Source of the DNA: Clostridia bacterium
GTDB taxonomy: Bacteria; Bacillota; Clostridia; Oscillospirales; CAG-272
Assembly (NCBI GenBank): GCA_017450965.1
Contig: JAFSSQ010000089.1
Location: 40,103-104,102, forward strand
Length of the DNA stretch: 64,000 nt
Direction of reading: 5' to 3'
The stretch's first letter is position 1, and every line of letters begins with the position of its first letter. The notes below the pieces were generated by a model, which had not been told where the DNA came from, made no database searches, and was given only the letters and a program-made list of their open reading frames with translations. The position numbers were made by a program, and so were the translations under genes. Shown here piece by piece: positions 27,085-38,200 of this stretch.

Positions 27085-28851
27085 ATGGTTGAAGGAAGAA
27101 TCGTCAAAGTTTCCGGGCCGCTGGTCATCGCGGAAGGGATGCGGCAGGCCAATATGTTCGACGTGGTCCGCGTCGGCGAAAAAAAGCTGATCGGCGAGAT
27201 CATCGAGATGCACGGGGACCGCGCCTCCGTCCAGGTCTACGAGGAGACCGCCGGGATCGGGCGCGGGGACGCCGTCGTTTCCACCGGCGCGCCCCTCTCG
27301 GTCGAGCTCGGACCCGGGATGATCCGGAACATCTACGACGGGATCCAGCGTCCGCTCGGCACCCTCTTTGAAAAATACGGCACCAACCTCCTGCGCGGCG
27401 TCGACGAGCCGGCCCTCTCCCGCGAGACGGTTTGGCATTTCGAGGCGTCCGCGGCGGAAGGGGACGAAGTTACCGGCGGGGACGTTCTCGGCACCGTCCG
27501 GGAAACGGAGCTCGTTTTGCATAAGATCATGGTCCCCCCGAACGTGAAGGGAAAGATCAAACGCATCGCTTCCGGCGACTACCGGGTCGACGACGCGGTC
27601 TGCGTCCTGACGGACGGCGCGGGGAAGGAGCGGGAGATCACCCTCTGCCAGAAATGGCCGGTCCGTATCGCCCGTCCGTACGCGGAAAAGCTTCCGCCCG
27701 CCGAGCCGATGATCACCGGTCAACGCGTGATCGACGCGCTCTTCCCGATCGCAAAGGGAGGTACGGCGTGCGTTCCCGGCCCGTTCGGAAGCGGGAAGAC
27801 GGTCGTCCAGCACCAGCTCGCCAAGTTTTCCGACGTGGATATCGTGATCTATATCGGCTGCGGCGAGCGCGGCAACGAGATGACCGACGTGCTGCGCGAG
27901 TTCCCCGAGTTGAAGGATCCGCGCTCCGGCGAGTCGCTGATGAAGCGCACGGTCCTGATCGCCAACACCTCGGATATGCCGGTCGCGGCGCGCGAGGCCT
28001 CGATCTACACCGGCATCACGATCGCGGAATACTTCCGCGATATGGGCTATTCGGTCGCCGTGATCGCGGACTCCACCTCCCGCTGGGCGGAGGCGCTGCG
28101 CGAGATGTCCGGGCGTCTGGAGGAGATGCCGGGCGAGGAGGGCTATCCCGCCTATCTCACCTCCCGTCTCGCTCAGTTCTACGAGCGCTCCGGCAAGGTC
28201 GTCTGCCTCGGGCAGGACCGCCGCGGCGGCACGCTGTCCGCCATCGGCGCCGTCTCGCCGCAGGGCGGCGATATTTCCGAGCCCGTTACGCAGGCAACGC
28301 TGCGTATCGTCAAGGTCTTCTGGGGCCTGGAGGCGGGACTCGCCTACCGGCGCCACTTCCCGGCGATCAACTGGCTCAATTCCTATTCGCTTTACAAGGA
28401 CCGGCTCGACCCCTGGTTCGGGGAAAACGTTTCCCGCGACTGGATGAAGAACGTCGGCCGTCTGATGACGATCCTGCAGACCGAAAGCGAGCTCGACGAG
28501 ATCGTCAAGCTCGTCGGCGTGGACGCCCTTTCCGCTTCCGACCGGCTGACGCTGGAGGTCGCCCGCTCGGTGCGCGAGGACTTCTTGCAGCAGAACGCCT
28601 TTGAGGACGGAGACAGCTACACCTCGCTCCCCAAGCAGTTTGCGCTGATGTCGCTTATCCTCTCCTTCTACGACAAGGCGAAGGAGGCGATCGGCAAGGG
28701 CGCGGACGTGGAAAAGGTCGCCGTTCTCCCGGTCCGCGAAAAGATCGGACGCGCCAAGTCGACCCCCGAGGAGGCGTACCGCGAAGCGTACGCCGCGATC
28801 GACGGAGAGATCGACGCCGAGCTTGCCGCCCTGACGGAAGGAGACAGATAA
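27085..28851 (+). CDS. ntpA: V-type ATPase catalytic subunit A
   Basis: [14 protein letters not shown] aligns with the E. hirae NtpA N-terminus (MQIGKIIKVSGPLV). Walker [10 protein letters not shown] is present. Confidence 0.95.
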   Translation: MVEGRIVKVSGPLVIAEGMRQANMFDVVRVGEKKLIGEIIEMHGDRASVQVYEETAGIGRGDAVVSTGAPLSVELGPGMIRNIYDGIQRPLGTLFEKYGTNLLRGVDEPALSRETVWHFEASAAEGDEVTGGDVLGTVRETELVLHKIMVPPNVKGKIKRIASGDYRVDDAVCVLTDGAGKEREITLCQKWPVRIARPYAEKLPPAEPMITGQRVIDALFPIAKGGTACVPGPFGSGKTVVQHQLAKFSDVDIVIYIGCGERGNEMTDVLREFPELKDPRSGESLMKRTVLIANTSDMPVAAREASIYTGITIAEYFRDMGYSVAVIADSTSRWAEALREMSGRLEEMPGEEGYPAYLTSRLAQFYERSGKVVCLGQDRRGGTLSAIGAVSPQGGDISEPVTQATLRIVKVFWGLEAGLAYRRHFPAINWLNSYSLYKDRLDPWFGENVSRDWMKNVGRLMTILQTESELDEIVKLVGVDALSASDRLTLEVARSVREDFLQQNAFEDGDSYTSLPKQFALMSLILSFYDKAKEAIGKGADVEKVAVLPVREKIGRAKSTPEEAYREAYAAIDGEIDAELAALTEGDR

Positions 28852-30258
28852 ATGGTACGCGAATTCAAGACGATCGAAGAAGTAGCCGGCCCGCTGATGC
28901 TGGTCAAGCAGGTGGACGGCGTCAAATACGACGAGCTGGGGGAGATCGAACTTCCCGACGGCTCGGTCCGCCGCTGCCGCGTGCTGGAGATCAACGGCTC
29001 GAACGTCCTCGTTCAGCTCTTTGAGAACTCCGCCGGGATGAACCTCGCGGAGAGTAAGGTCCGCTTTGTCGGCCACGGCGTGGAGCTGCCCGTGTCCCGC
29101 GATATGCTGGGGCGCGTGTTCTCCGGTATGGGCGAACCGATCGACGGCGGACCCCGCCTGATCCCCGAAAAAACGCTTGATATCAACGGTACGCCGATCA
29201 ATCCGGCGGCGCGCAACTATCCCTCGGAGTTCATCCAGACGGGGGTCTCCACGATCGACGGACTCAACACCCTCGTCCGCGGGCAGAAGCTGCCGATCTT
29301 CTCCGGCTCCGGTCTGCCGCACGCCAACCTCGCGGCGCAGATCGCCCGGCAGGCGAAGGTCCGCGGCACGGACAGCCCGTTCGCCGTCGTTTTCGCGGCG
29401 ATCGGGATCACCTTTGAGGAAGCGGATTTCTTCATCTCCGATTTCCGCCGCACCGGCGCGATCGACCGCACCGTCCTCTTTATCAACCTCGCCTCGGACG
29501 CCGCCATCGAGCGCATTTCCGCGCCCCGTATGGCGCTGACCGCGGCGGAGTATCTCGCCTTTGACTGCGGGATGCACGTCCTCGTCATCATGACGGATAT
29601 CACCAACTACGCGGAGGCGCTCCGCGAGGTCTCCGCCGCCCGTAAGGAAGTCCCCGGGCGCCGCGGCTATCCCGGCTACCTCTATACCGACCTTGCCACG
29701 ATGTACGAGCGCGCCGGCCGGAAGGTCGGCTGCGAGGGCTCGATCACGATGATCCCGATCCTCTCGATGCCCGAGGACGACAAAACGCACCCGATCCCCG
29801 ATCTGACCGGGTATATCACCGAGGGGCAGATCATCCTCTCCCGCGAGATCTACCGCAAGGGCTATCTGCCGCCGGTGGACGTTCTCCCCTCCCTTTCCCG
29901 TCTCAAGGACAAGGGGATCGGAGCAGGGAAGACCCGCGAGGATCACGCCGGGACGATGAACCAGCTCTTCTCCTCCTACGCCCGCGGCAAGGAGGCAAAG
30001 GAGCTGATGGTCGTGCTCGGAGAGGCGGCGCTGACGCCGGTCGACCGGCTCTACGCCAAGTTTGCCGATGAATTTGAAAAGCGCTACGTCAACCAGGGCT
30101 TTACCGAGGACCGGAGCATCGAAGAGACGCTCGATCTCGGCTGGCAGCTGCTCTCCATCCTGCCGAAGAGCGAGATGAAGCGCATCAAGCCGGAGATTTT
30201 GGAGCGGTACTGGCCGAAGAAGGAAGAAGAGACCGGCAGCGGCTCGGTCGGAGCGTAA
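28852..30258 (+). CDS. ntpB: V-type ATPase subunit B
   Basis: [18 protein letters not shown] aligns with the NtpB N-terminus. ...[15 protein letters not shown]... is present. Confidence 0.95.
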   Translation: MVREFKTIEEVAGPLMLVKQVDGVKYDELGEIELPDGSVRRCRVLEINGSNVLVQLFENSAGMNLAESKVRFVGHGVELPVSRDMLGRVFSGMGEPIDGGPRLIPEKTLDINGTPINPAARNYPSEFIQTGVSTIDGLNTLVRGQKLPIFSGSGLPHANLAAQIARQAKVRGTDSPFAVVFAAIGITFEEADFFISDFRRTGAIDRTVLFINLASDAAIERISAPRMALTAAEYLAFDCGMHVLVIMTDITNYAEALREVSAARKEVPGRRGYPGYLYTDLATMYERAGRKVGCEGSITMIPILSMPEDDKTHPIPDLTGYITEGQIILSREIYRKGYLPPVDVLPSLSRLKDKGIGAGKTREDHAGTMNQLFSSYARGKEAKELMVVLGEAALTPVDRLYAKFADEFEKRYVNQGFTEDRSIEETLDLGWQLLSILPKSEMKRIKPEILERYWPKKEEETGSGSVGA

Positions 30259-30261
30259 GCG

Positions 30262-30900
30262 ATGGCGATGGCACACGTCAACCCGACCCGCATGGAGCTG
30301 AAAAAGCTCAAGGGCCGGCTCACCACGGCGCGCCGGGGGCACAAGCTGCTCAAGGACAAGCGCGACGAACTGATGCGGCGTTTTCTCCTCGCCGTGCGGG
30401 AAAACAAGGAACTGCGCGAACGGGTCGAAACGGAGCTGGACGCGATCAACCGCTCCTTTTCCGCCGCCGCCGCGACCACCGATCCCCGTTTTCTGCGGGA
30501 GGCGCTGGCGATCCCGAAAAAACGCGCGGAGCTGAAGGTTTCCTACGCGAACACGATGTCGGTTACCGTGCCCGTCTTTCAGGCGGACATTCTCTCGACC
30601 GGAGCGGAGGGGGAGCCGGGCTACGGCCTCGCCTTTACCTCCGGGGAGCTCGACGAGGCGGTCGCCGCGCTCTCGCGGCTGCTGCCCGATCTGATCCTGC
30701 TTGCCGAGCGGGAGAAGACGGCGCTTCTCCTCGCCGAGGAGATCGAGCGTACCCGCCGCCGCGTCAACGCGCTGGAGTATATCATGATCCCGCAGTACGA
30801 AACGGAGATCAAACGGATCTCGATGAAGCTCGACGAAAACGAGCGCGGCAATACCACGCGGCTGATGAAGCTGAAGGATCTGATCCTCGTCGACCGCTGA
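30262..30900 (+). CDS. ntpD: V-type ATPase subunit D
   Basis: VNPTRMELKKLKGRLTTARRGHKLLKDKRDELMRRF matches the NtpD N-terminus. Confidence 0.9.
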   Translation: MAMAHVNPTRMELKKLKGRLTTARRGHKLLKDKRDELMRRFLLAVRENKELRERVETELDAINRSFSAAAATTDPRFLREALAIPKKRAELKVSYANTMSVTVPVFQADILSTGAEGEPGYGLAFTSGELDEAVAALSRLLPDLILLAEREKTALLLAEEIERTRRRVNALEYIMIPQYETEIKRISMKLDENERGNTTRLMKLKDLILVDR

Positions 30901-30911
30901 AAACGAAAAAA

Positions 30912-30950
30912 CGCGGGGAAAACCGTTCGGTTTTCCCCGCGCCTTTTTTC
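30912..30950. terminator. bidirectional intrinsic terminator (V-ATPase operon / SGNH lipoprotein gene)
   Basis: 14-bp stem CGCGGGGAAAACCG/CGGTTTTCCCCGCG, with an A-run upstream and T-runs downstream. Confidence 0.75.
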
Positions 30951-30955
30951 TTTTT

Positions 30956-33148
30956 TCAGGATACCTCGGGAGAGAAGACGACGTTGCGGTACCGGGTCCC
31001 GATCACGTCCGAGCAAAGCCCGACGTACCGGCCGTCCAGCGCGTAGTCAAGCGGGGAAACGGAGAAGAGCTTGCCGTCCACGGAGAGGGTCACGTTGTTT
31101 TTCTCCGGATTCCAGACGATCTTGTAGTGGTATTCCCGTCCTACCGCGAGTTTCGTCTTGGATTTGTTCGTGTCCTCCCAGTGGAAGGTCGATTTTGCGG
31201 CGCCCGGCTCGCGGTGCTTGCTGTAACCGGTGCAGGTCCCCCACGGGCAGCGGCCGAAGACGTAGAAGGTCCCGGTGGAGTGGTCTACCGTCAGGCTTTC
31301 CGCCCCGAAGAGAACGCCCGTCGCCGCTTTATAGCGGTAATAATTCGTGTCCAGGGAGTCATATACGACCGTCATATCGAACTCGACCGTCCCGCCGTCA
31401 AAGAGGATCCCGTCGAACATCAGGGGCGCGGCCGGCGTGTTGCAGACGTAGGTCGTGTTCCCGCTTGCGTCCGTTTCGACGGTCCACGCCGCGCTGTCCC
31501 CGAGCGGGAAGACGTAGCGTCCGTCCCCGTCCGTCTCTTCAAAGGAGACGCGGGCAAACTTCGCGTCCTGCCCCGCGGCGTAAAAGCCGAAGCGGTCTCC
31601 GGTAAGAGGCGCGGCGTCGCGGGCGGAGAGGCAGACGGCGCCGTCGCACAGGCACTCGATCAGCCCGTCGGCAAAGCGCACCTGCATCGCGTAAGGAGCC
31701 TCTCCCTTCAGCGCGTTGCCGGCGGCGAGGAGGGCGCCGTTCTTTTCCAGCTTTGGGACGCCGTTTTCCAGAGAGAAGAGGTAGGCGGAGGAGCCGGTCT
31801 CGTCGGCGGCGAAGAGGATCCCGGTTTTTTCCGAGGGGGTAACGGACGCGCCGACCGCCCCTTTGGCGACCCGGTCGCCGCTTTTCAGCATCCGGGAGCC
31901 GGCGGCGGAGGAGAGAAAGCCGTCGTCCGTCCGGAAGGAGCCGGAGAGCACGTCGAAGCCCTCGGCGCCCTCCCGCGGGCCGAAGGTTTTGGCGGCGGCG
32001 AGGACCCGGTCCCGCACCTCGGTATAGTACGTTTCCTTCAGGTGGTAGGAGTCGCGGAAGCGGGATTTGTCAAAAGCGCCGTTTTTGTCCAGCGCCACGT
32101 CGTAAAGATCGGCGATCGCCAGATCGTTCTGCTCGGCGGCCAGCGCCTTGTAGCGGGCGTTGAGTTCGTTTACCTTGTCGGTGTATTCCAGCCGCGTCGG
32201 CTGCAAAAACTCGGTCAGCAGGACGATCTTCACCTCCGGCAGCCGCCCGCGGATCTCCTCCAGGATCGAGAAGGTCCGCTCCGTGATCTTGGCGGCGGAG
32301 GCGGATGCGTAGTCGTTGGAGCCGATCATCACGATCATGTATTTCGGCTCGTAGGAACAGAGCTCGTCGATCATCGTCATCCAGTAGACGGTGCCGGACC
32401 CGCCGACGCCGAAGTTCTGCACCGAGCCGAGGGAGGCGAGATGCGACTTGCTCTGACTCCAGAGTTGCATGTGGGAGTGCCCCCAGATCAGGACGTCCGC
32501 TTTCAGCGGTTCCGTCACGTTTTTCTTTAAGGAAAACCCGGCGAGCTTGGCTCCGGCAACGGTCGTCCGGAAGCCGATCCCCGTGCCGGAGAGCGGCTCC
32601 GGGTCCCGGAAGCAGACGTAGCAGTTGTTGTTGAGATAGCAGTAAAAGAGGTCGTCTTTCGCCGTGATGCGGAGGCTGCGGGAGTCGGTGCCGTTATACC
32701 CGGCGGAAACGGCCATCGCGCTGACGACCGTCTCCTTGCCGTTCTCCACGCGGGAGAGGAAGACCTGTTTAGAGTCGTTGATCCCGAAAAAATAGTAAGA
32801 CCGGAGATCGTCGGAGACGCGGAAGATGACCCCGGTCTTCGAGACGGTCCCGGGCGTCAGCGTTCCCGTCGCCGTCCCGTCGGTAAACGGACGGGTGTAA
32901 AGGGCCAGAGAATTCGCCTTTTCGGAGGTAACGCCCGTCGCGCTGGTCGCGCACGCGCCCGTGACGACGGTAAAGCCCGCCTCCGGCTCCGGCGGCTCCG
33001 TTTCGGCGGCGGTCTCCGGCTCGGTCTCAGGGGCCGTTTCCGGGGCGGGTGCAGAAGAAAGCTCCTCCGTGACGTTCGGGGGTCCCGCCGCGCAGGCGGA
33101 GAGGAGGAGCAGGGAAGAAAGGAGCAGAAAAGAAATCAGACGTTTCAT
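30956..33148 (-). CDS. large lipoprotein with central SGNH/GDSL-type hydrolase domain flanked by beta-sandwich (LamG/DUF1080-like, tentative) domains
   Basis: Lipobox LLSAC. SGNH blocks: VLIWGHSHMQLW (block I, Ser in GHS), MIGSNDY (block III) and RDSYHL (block V). The flanking-domain assignment is a by-eye guess. Confidence 0.65.
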   Translation of the reverse strand: MKRLISFLLLSSLLLLSACAAGPPNVTEELSSAPAPETAPETEPETAAETEPPEPEAGFTVVTGACATSATGVTSEKANSLALYTRPFTDGTATGTLTPGTVSKTGVIFRVSDDLRSYYFFGINDSKQVFLSRVENGKETVVSAMAVSAGYNGTDSRSLRITAKDDLFYCYLNNNCYVCFRDPEPLSGTGIGFRTTVAGAKLAGFSLKKNVTEPLKADVLIWGHSHMQLWSQSKSHLASLGSVQNFGVGGSGTVYWMTMIDELCSYEPKYMIVMIGSNDYASASAAKITERTFSILEEIRGRLPEVKIVLLTEFLQPTRLEYTDKVNELNARYKALAAEQNDLAIADLYDVALDKNGAFDKSRFRDSYHLKETYYTEVRDRVLAAAKTFGPREGAEGFDVLSGSFRTDDGFLSSAAGSRMLKSGDRVAKGAVGASVTPSEKTGILFAADETGSSAYLFSLENGVPKLEKNGALLAAGNALKGEAPYAMQVRFADGLIECLCDGAVCLSARDAAPLTGDRFGFYAAGQDAKFARVSFEETDGDGRYVFPLGDSAAWTVETDASGNTTYVCNTPAAPLMFDGILFDGGTVEFDMTVVYDSLDTNYYRYKAATGVLFGAESLTVDHSTGTFYVFGRCPWGTCTGYSKHREPGAAKSTFHWEDTNKSKTKLAVGREYHYKIVWNPEKNNVTLSVDGKLFSVSPLDYALDGRYVGLCSDVIGTRYRNVVFSPEVS

Positions 33149-33154
33149 CGCTTT

Positions 33155-33679
33155 TCACTTTCTCAGGAATTTCAGCACCCGCGGGCGGAATCGCGCGGCG
33201 TAGAGCCGCAGAAAGAGAGAGAGCGCCCGGTCGTAGAGGAAAAAGGCGGCGGCGGCGAGCAGCGCGAAGGCGGTAAGCCAGAGCGCGGCGTTTTCCGGCA
33301 GCTCCGCTGCAAAAACGAAGAGAGAGAGCGCCCCGTAGAGGAGGAGCGCCGCGGCGCAGACGCCGCATTTCAGCAGAACGCGCGGGAGGCGCGGCTGTTT
33401 TTCCGCGATCCGCTTGAAAAAGGGGTAAGCGCCGAAAAAGCAAAGAAAGGAGAGCGCCGCGCCCTTGGCGGGCGCGAGGATGAGGGCGAGGACCCCGGCG
33501 GAGAGAAAACAGCCGAGCGCGGGGGGAGCGCCGAACTCGGCGAGTAAGAGCAGGACCGGCAGCGCGGCGAGAGCGGCGACGGCGAAGGTCAGCGTGTCGA
33601 TGAGGGATCCGAGGATCAGAAAAACGGCGGAAAGAGCGGCCAGCACCGCGCAAAGCGCGAGCAGTTTCGTTTTTTTCAT
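33155..33679 (-). CDS. small polytopic membrane protein (unknown function)
   Basis: 174 aa with about 5 hydrophobic helices. The start lies 1 nt after the J-protein stop, and the stop lies 6 nt before the next start. Confidence 0.55.
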   Translation of the reverse strand: MKKTKLLALCAVLAALSAVFLILGSLIDTLTFAVAALAALPVLLLLAEFGAPPALGCFLSAGVLALILAPAKGAALSFLCFFGAYPFFKRIAEKQPRLPRVLLKCGVCAAALLLYGALSLFVFAAELPENAALWLTAFALLAAAAFFLYDRALSLFLRLYAARFRPRVLKFLRK

Positions 33680-33680
33680 A

Positions 33681-34304
33681 TCAGCAGCAGCGGATCAGAT
33701 CCCCGCCCATGCACTCGCAGCAGCAGTCGGCGCAGAGCAGGGTGTTGCAGATGGTGCAGAAGTCGGCGCCGTCGCTTGCGCGGCGGTAGCTCTGTCCGGC
33801 GCCCTCCCCGTAGGAGTAGGCGCCGGCCCCGCCGAACGCCCCGTTGTTCATCATCTGTTTGGCCCGGCGGTATTCCGGATTATCCGGGTCCATGCAGCAG
33901 GCCGTGTCAAAGTATTTCGCGGCGTCGGACGCCCAGCCGCGGCGCAGATAGAGCACGCCCATCAGGTAGTTCCATTCCGCGTTCCGGTTTGCGGCGGGAA
34001 CGGAGGCGAGGAACAGCTCCGCCTCGGCAAAGCGTCCCTCGTTGATCTTCCGGCGCGCCTCCGCAAAGGAGGAGGCGCCCTGATAGCTCCCCGAGGAGGA
34101 CGAGGAGGAGCCGCCGGCGCGTTCCTTCTGGATCGCGTCGTACGCCTCGTTCACTTCCTTCATCTTTTCCCCGGCGAGGTCGGCGAGATCGCTGTCGGTG
34201 TAATTGTCGGGGTGGTATTTCTTCGCGAGCGCGTAGTATTTCTTTTTGATCTCCGCGTCGCTCGCGGAGCGGTCTACGCCGAGTACTTTGTAAGGGTCGT
34301 TCAT
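33681..34304 (-). CDS. J-domain protein with TPR-like middle and Cys-rich C-terminal tail
   Basis: J domain [30 protein letters not shown] (HPD motif). C-terminus [25 protein letters not shown]. Confidence 0.85.
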   Translation of the reverse strand: MNDPYKVLGVDRSASDAEIKKKYYALAKKYHPDNYTDSDLADLAGEKMKEVNEAYDAIQKERAGGSSSSSSGSYQGASSFAEARRKINEGRFAEAELFLASVPAANRNAEWNYLMGVLYLRRGWASDAAKYFDTACCMDPDNPEYRRAKQMMNNGAFGGAGAYSYGEGAGQSYRRASDGADFCTICNTLLCADCCCECMGGDLIRCC

Positions 34305-35183
34305 TTATTCCTCCGTCTTGCCGGAGCGTTTTTCGTCCGTCAGTATCGTTTGCGCCGTGCGGAGCATCCCCTCGCCGACGACGTTGGAGAGGATACGCCC
34401 GATCCCGGCGATGCCGGAAAAGTCGATCAGAGCGAGCGCGCGTTCGATCGCGGCAAGCTCGTACCGGATCCCGTCGAAGATCCCCTCTTTATCCTCCTCG
34501 GTCAGCGTGCCGCGGCCGAAGAGGGCGGCGTAGGGATTGTAGCGCCCCGCCTTCCGGTCGGCGAGGAAGTCGTCCGCCGCGTCTGCCGCGTAGACGAACT
34601 TTCCCGTGTGGAAGCCGATCTCCCGCGCAAGCCGCTCCTCGGCGCTCCCCGTTGGCAGTCCGTAGGAAAACACCTCGGCGGTCAGCTCGCCGGAGAGGGA
34701 AGCGGGCAGGTCGAAGGAGGCGGGTCGCTCCCGCTCGGTCTCGGCGAGCTTGGCGAGGATCGCGGCGCAGCGCTGTTCCAGCTCCGGCAGATCCGCCCGC
34801 TTTTTGTGGCGGGAGGCGAGCGGGAGAAAAAGGGAGGCGCGCAGCTTTTTTACGCCCCGTTCGTCCGCTTTGTCGTCCTGCAGTTTTCCGTGGATCAGAA
34901 CGGCGCTGGCCCGCGCCGCGTAGTCGATCTGCGGGGTGGAGAAGACCGCCTGCCGGCGCTTGAAGGGGTGGAGAAGGCAGAAGATCTTTTTCACTTCAAA
35001 CGGATCTTTTGTCAGCGCGGTGCGTACGAAAAAGAGGAAAACCGAGTCCCACGTCAGCCCGGCGCAGGAGGCGCAGCCGTTGCACCGGCCCATCGCGCGG
35101 CAGACGCCGCAGTAGCCGGCGCGGTACAGTTCGTATTCCCGCAGGGTGAGCTCCGGCGGAAACGCTTTCACATATCCAAACAT
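34305..35183 (-). CDS. DUF5685 family protein (Cys-cluster protein of unknown function)
   Basis: The N-terminus MFGYVKAFPPELTLREYELYRAGYCGVCRAMG... is what I recall for DUF5685. The stop abuts the J-protein start. Confidence 0.65.
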   Translation of the reverse strand: MFGYVKAFPPELTLREYELYRAGYCGVCRAMGRCNGCASCAGLTWDSVFLFFVRTALTKDPFEVKKIFCLLHPFKRRQAVFSTPQIDYAARASAVLIHGKLQDDKADERGVKKLRASLFLPLASRHKKRADLPELEQRCAAILAKLAETERERPASFDLPASLSGELTAEVFSYGLPTGSAEERLAREIGFHTGKFVYAADAADDFLADRKAGRYNPYAALFGRGTLTEEDKEGIFDGIRYELAAIERALALIDFSGIAGIGRILSNVVGEGMLRTAQTILTDEKRSGKTEE

Positions 35184-35189
35184 ACTGCT

Positions 35190-35219
35190 ATTATATAACG
35201 GCGTTTTCCCGTTTTACAA
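35190..35219 (-). promoter_or_regulatory. sigma-A type promoter placed for a leaderless DUF5685 transcript
   Basis: Minus strand: TTGTAA, 18-nt spacer, TATAAT, then only AGCAGT before the ATG at 35183. No Shine-Dalgarno is present. Confidence 0.5.
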
Positions 35220-35246
35220 GGTGTTTTTTGTAAACAATCTGCGACG

Positions 35247-38200
35247 TTACGCCTCGGTCAGCCTCTCCCGGAGGGAAAAGGCGCGTCCGAGCGCGGTGGA
35301 GTAGATCAGGGCGTCCGCGACCGGTTTGCCGTAGATGCGGCGCAGGGCGGCGGCGTAGCAGGAGAGCTGCCAGGCGTACCGCTCGGAAAAGAGCGAGAGA
35401 GCTTCCTCCTCGCTTATACCGGCGGGAAGACGGTCGGTCTTGTAGTCAAAGAGGATCACGTCCTCCCCCTCGAGGAAAAAGCCGTCGATCACCCCCTGCA
35501 CGGCGAGCTCGCGCCCGCCGAGCGAGGTTTTCAGCGCGGGGTCGGTCGTCAGCATTCGCGCGGGGAGAAAACAGTTGAAGCGGAACTCCCGGCGCAGGTC
35601 CCGGCCCGCTTTGAGTCTTGCGTAGAACGGCGAGGCAAAGAAAGCGTCTAACTCCCCGACGCGCAGAGCGCCGAGTTGCCGCTCGGTGAGGAAACCGTCG
35701 GCAAAAAGGCGTTTTCCCTCCTCCGCGGCGCCGGTGTTTTCGGCGCGTTCAAACCGGCAGAACTGCAAAAACTGGTGGGTCGCCGTGCCCGCTTCCGCCG
35801 CGCCGACCTTCTTTTCTCCCAAGAGGAAGGCGGGCGCGTCCTCAAAGGCGAGCGCCGTTTGGTCGGGGCGCAGGACGGGGTCGCTTCCCTCGGGGTCGGG
35901 GAGAAGGGGAGAGGCCTCGTCGAGAACGGACGGGGAAAGCTCGGAGACCGAGAGCTTCGCGGGGATCCGGGTCAGAAACGCGTCGGGGTAGGAAAAGGCG
36001 AGGCGATTTATCAGTTTTTCTTCAAGCCCGGCGTCCGGGATCCGGACGGGGGCGGGGGCTTCTGCGGCCGGGCGGAGCGTTTCCTCCGCCTCCTCCCCGG
36101 ACCCGACGAGGATCCGGGCAAGGTCAGGGCAGGCGAGCGCCGCCGTTACGGCGTAAAGGATCCTGCTCTCAAAGAGCCCGGGGCAGGGAATGGGAGCGAA
36201 AAAGCGCTCCGTTTTCGCCTTCTCGCGGATCTTCTCCGTCGTCGGGGCGGAGAGGCAGAGACGCTCCCTCGCGCGGGTCAGCGCCACGTAGAGAAGGCGT
36301 TTTTCCTCCTCCGAGCTCTGGCGTTTCTGCGCAAAGGAGAGCGCCTGGCGCAGCGGGTTTTCGATCTTCAGAAAACCGCGGACGTCCGGTACGGCGGTCG
36401 CGGCGCCGGCGGAAAGAGAGTAGGAAAAGACGGAAGACTCTTTCGGATCGGGGTCTTTGCCGCATCCGATCAGGAAAACGGCGGGAAACTCCAGTCCCTT
36501 TGAGCCGTGGATCGTCATCAGGCGGACGCTGTTTTCGTCGGGGAGGGAGAGCGCGCGGGAGAGGCCGCTTGCTTTTTCCCGCTCCAGATATTCGGTAAAA
36601 CCGCCGAGCCCCTTGCCCGCGTCGGCGGGATAGGAGCAGGCCAGCCGGTAGAGCGCGCCGAGATCGGCGCTGACCGCGGCGGGCGGCGCGTCCGAGGCGG
36701 CGGCCAGCGCCGCGCGCGTCCCGGAGTCGAAGAAGAGCGAACGCACCAAGTCGCTTGTGGGCGTGCGGCGGGCGCGCTCGCGCAGGGCGTTGACCGTGTC
36801 GGCGGCGCGTTTCGCCTTTTCGCCGAGCGGGCTTTCCTCCCCGCTTCGGGCGCACAGCTTTTCCCAAAGGGTGGGACGCTTTGTCTGCGAGAGGCGGAAA
36901 AACTCGTCCGCCGAAAAGGAAAAGAGCGGGGAGAGCAGGACCGACGCCAGCGGGATGTCCCGCAGCGGGTTGTCGACCGCCTCAAGAAGGGAAACGGCGA
37001 GGGAAACGTGCGGACTTTCAAACAGGTCCTTCGGTTTTTGCGTCGTGTAGGGGAGAGCGCGGGCGTCCAGCTCCCGCGTCAGGGCGGCGGCCTGAATATC
37101 CCGCCGGAAGAGCACGGCAACGTCCCCGCAGGTAAAGGGGGAGCCGTCCGCCTTTTTTTCCTCCCGGACGAGGCGCTCGATCTCATCGCAGACGGCGCGC
37201 GCCTCCTCTTGCCGCCGCTGTTTTTCGTTTTTCGGAGGATCGGCGTCGGGGCGCAGGAGGACGGTAACGGGCGCGGCGCTCCCGCGCTCCGGCACGCCCG
37301 CGGCGCCGCCGAAGACCAGCTCGTCTTCTTTGGTGTAGAGGAAGGAACCGCCGGCAAAAAGCGGCGCGACGGCGGCGTTCGCAAAGTCGAGGATCGTCTC
37401 GCTGCTGCGGAAGTTTTCCGCCATAAAGACGGAGGAGATCCCCCGCCCGGGGTCCGCCGCCTCGCGGCGCAGCGAGTCGAGGATCGAGGGATCCGAGCCG
37501 CGGAAGGCGTAGATCGACTGCTTCACGTCCCCGACGATAAAGCGGTTTTGGCGGGAGAGGGCGTCAAAGATCTTTTTCTGCATCGGGTTGACGTCCTGGT
37601 ATTCGTCGATGTAGATCCGGTCGTAGCACGCCGCGATCGAGCGCGCCGTGTCGCTGAGCGTGCCGTCCTCGCGGTAGAGGATGCGCAAAACGTAATGGGA
37701 GACGTCGGAAAAGTCGCAGATCCCCTTCTCCCGCTTCGCTTTTTCCATCCGCGCTTCCACGGCAGAGAGGAAGTCCGCGAGCGCGCGCAGAAGCGCCGTT
37801 CCGCGGCGGATCGTCTCCCGCGCCTCCTCCCCGGTCTGCGCAAAGTACCGGAGCCCGATCTTTTTGATCGCGTCGCGGTATCCGTCGATAAAGGTCTTGA
37901 AAAGCGCGCGCAGCTCCGGGTCAAAGCCCTTGCGCTTTGACCCGAGGGGAACGGCGGCGCGGGAGCGCAGCGCCGCCGCCGCCGTCGCGTAGCTTTCCGA
38001 CAGGGCGCTTTCAAAGGTCGTAAGGAACGCCGCCTCCGCCTCGGCGGCCGGGCGGTAGGGGTGGTCTTTTTCCATCGTTTCCAGCGCGCGCTCGAAGCGC
38101 GCGCGCCAGAGACGGCAGTCCGAGGCGAGCGCGTCGGAGAGGACCCGGCCCGCCTCCGTTTGAAAGAGCTCGCCGTCCGCCGCCTCCGCCTCTTCGGCAA

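Noticed and set aside
26380-30342. 1320-aa minus-strand ORF, antisense to V-ATPase subunits C, F, A and B.
   Set aside because: The reasoning is the same: it is a shadow of strongly supported plus-strand genes and has no recognisable domains.
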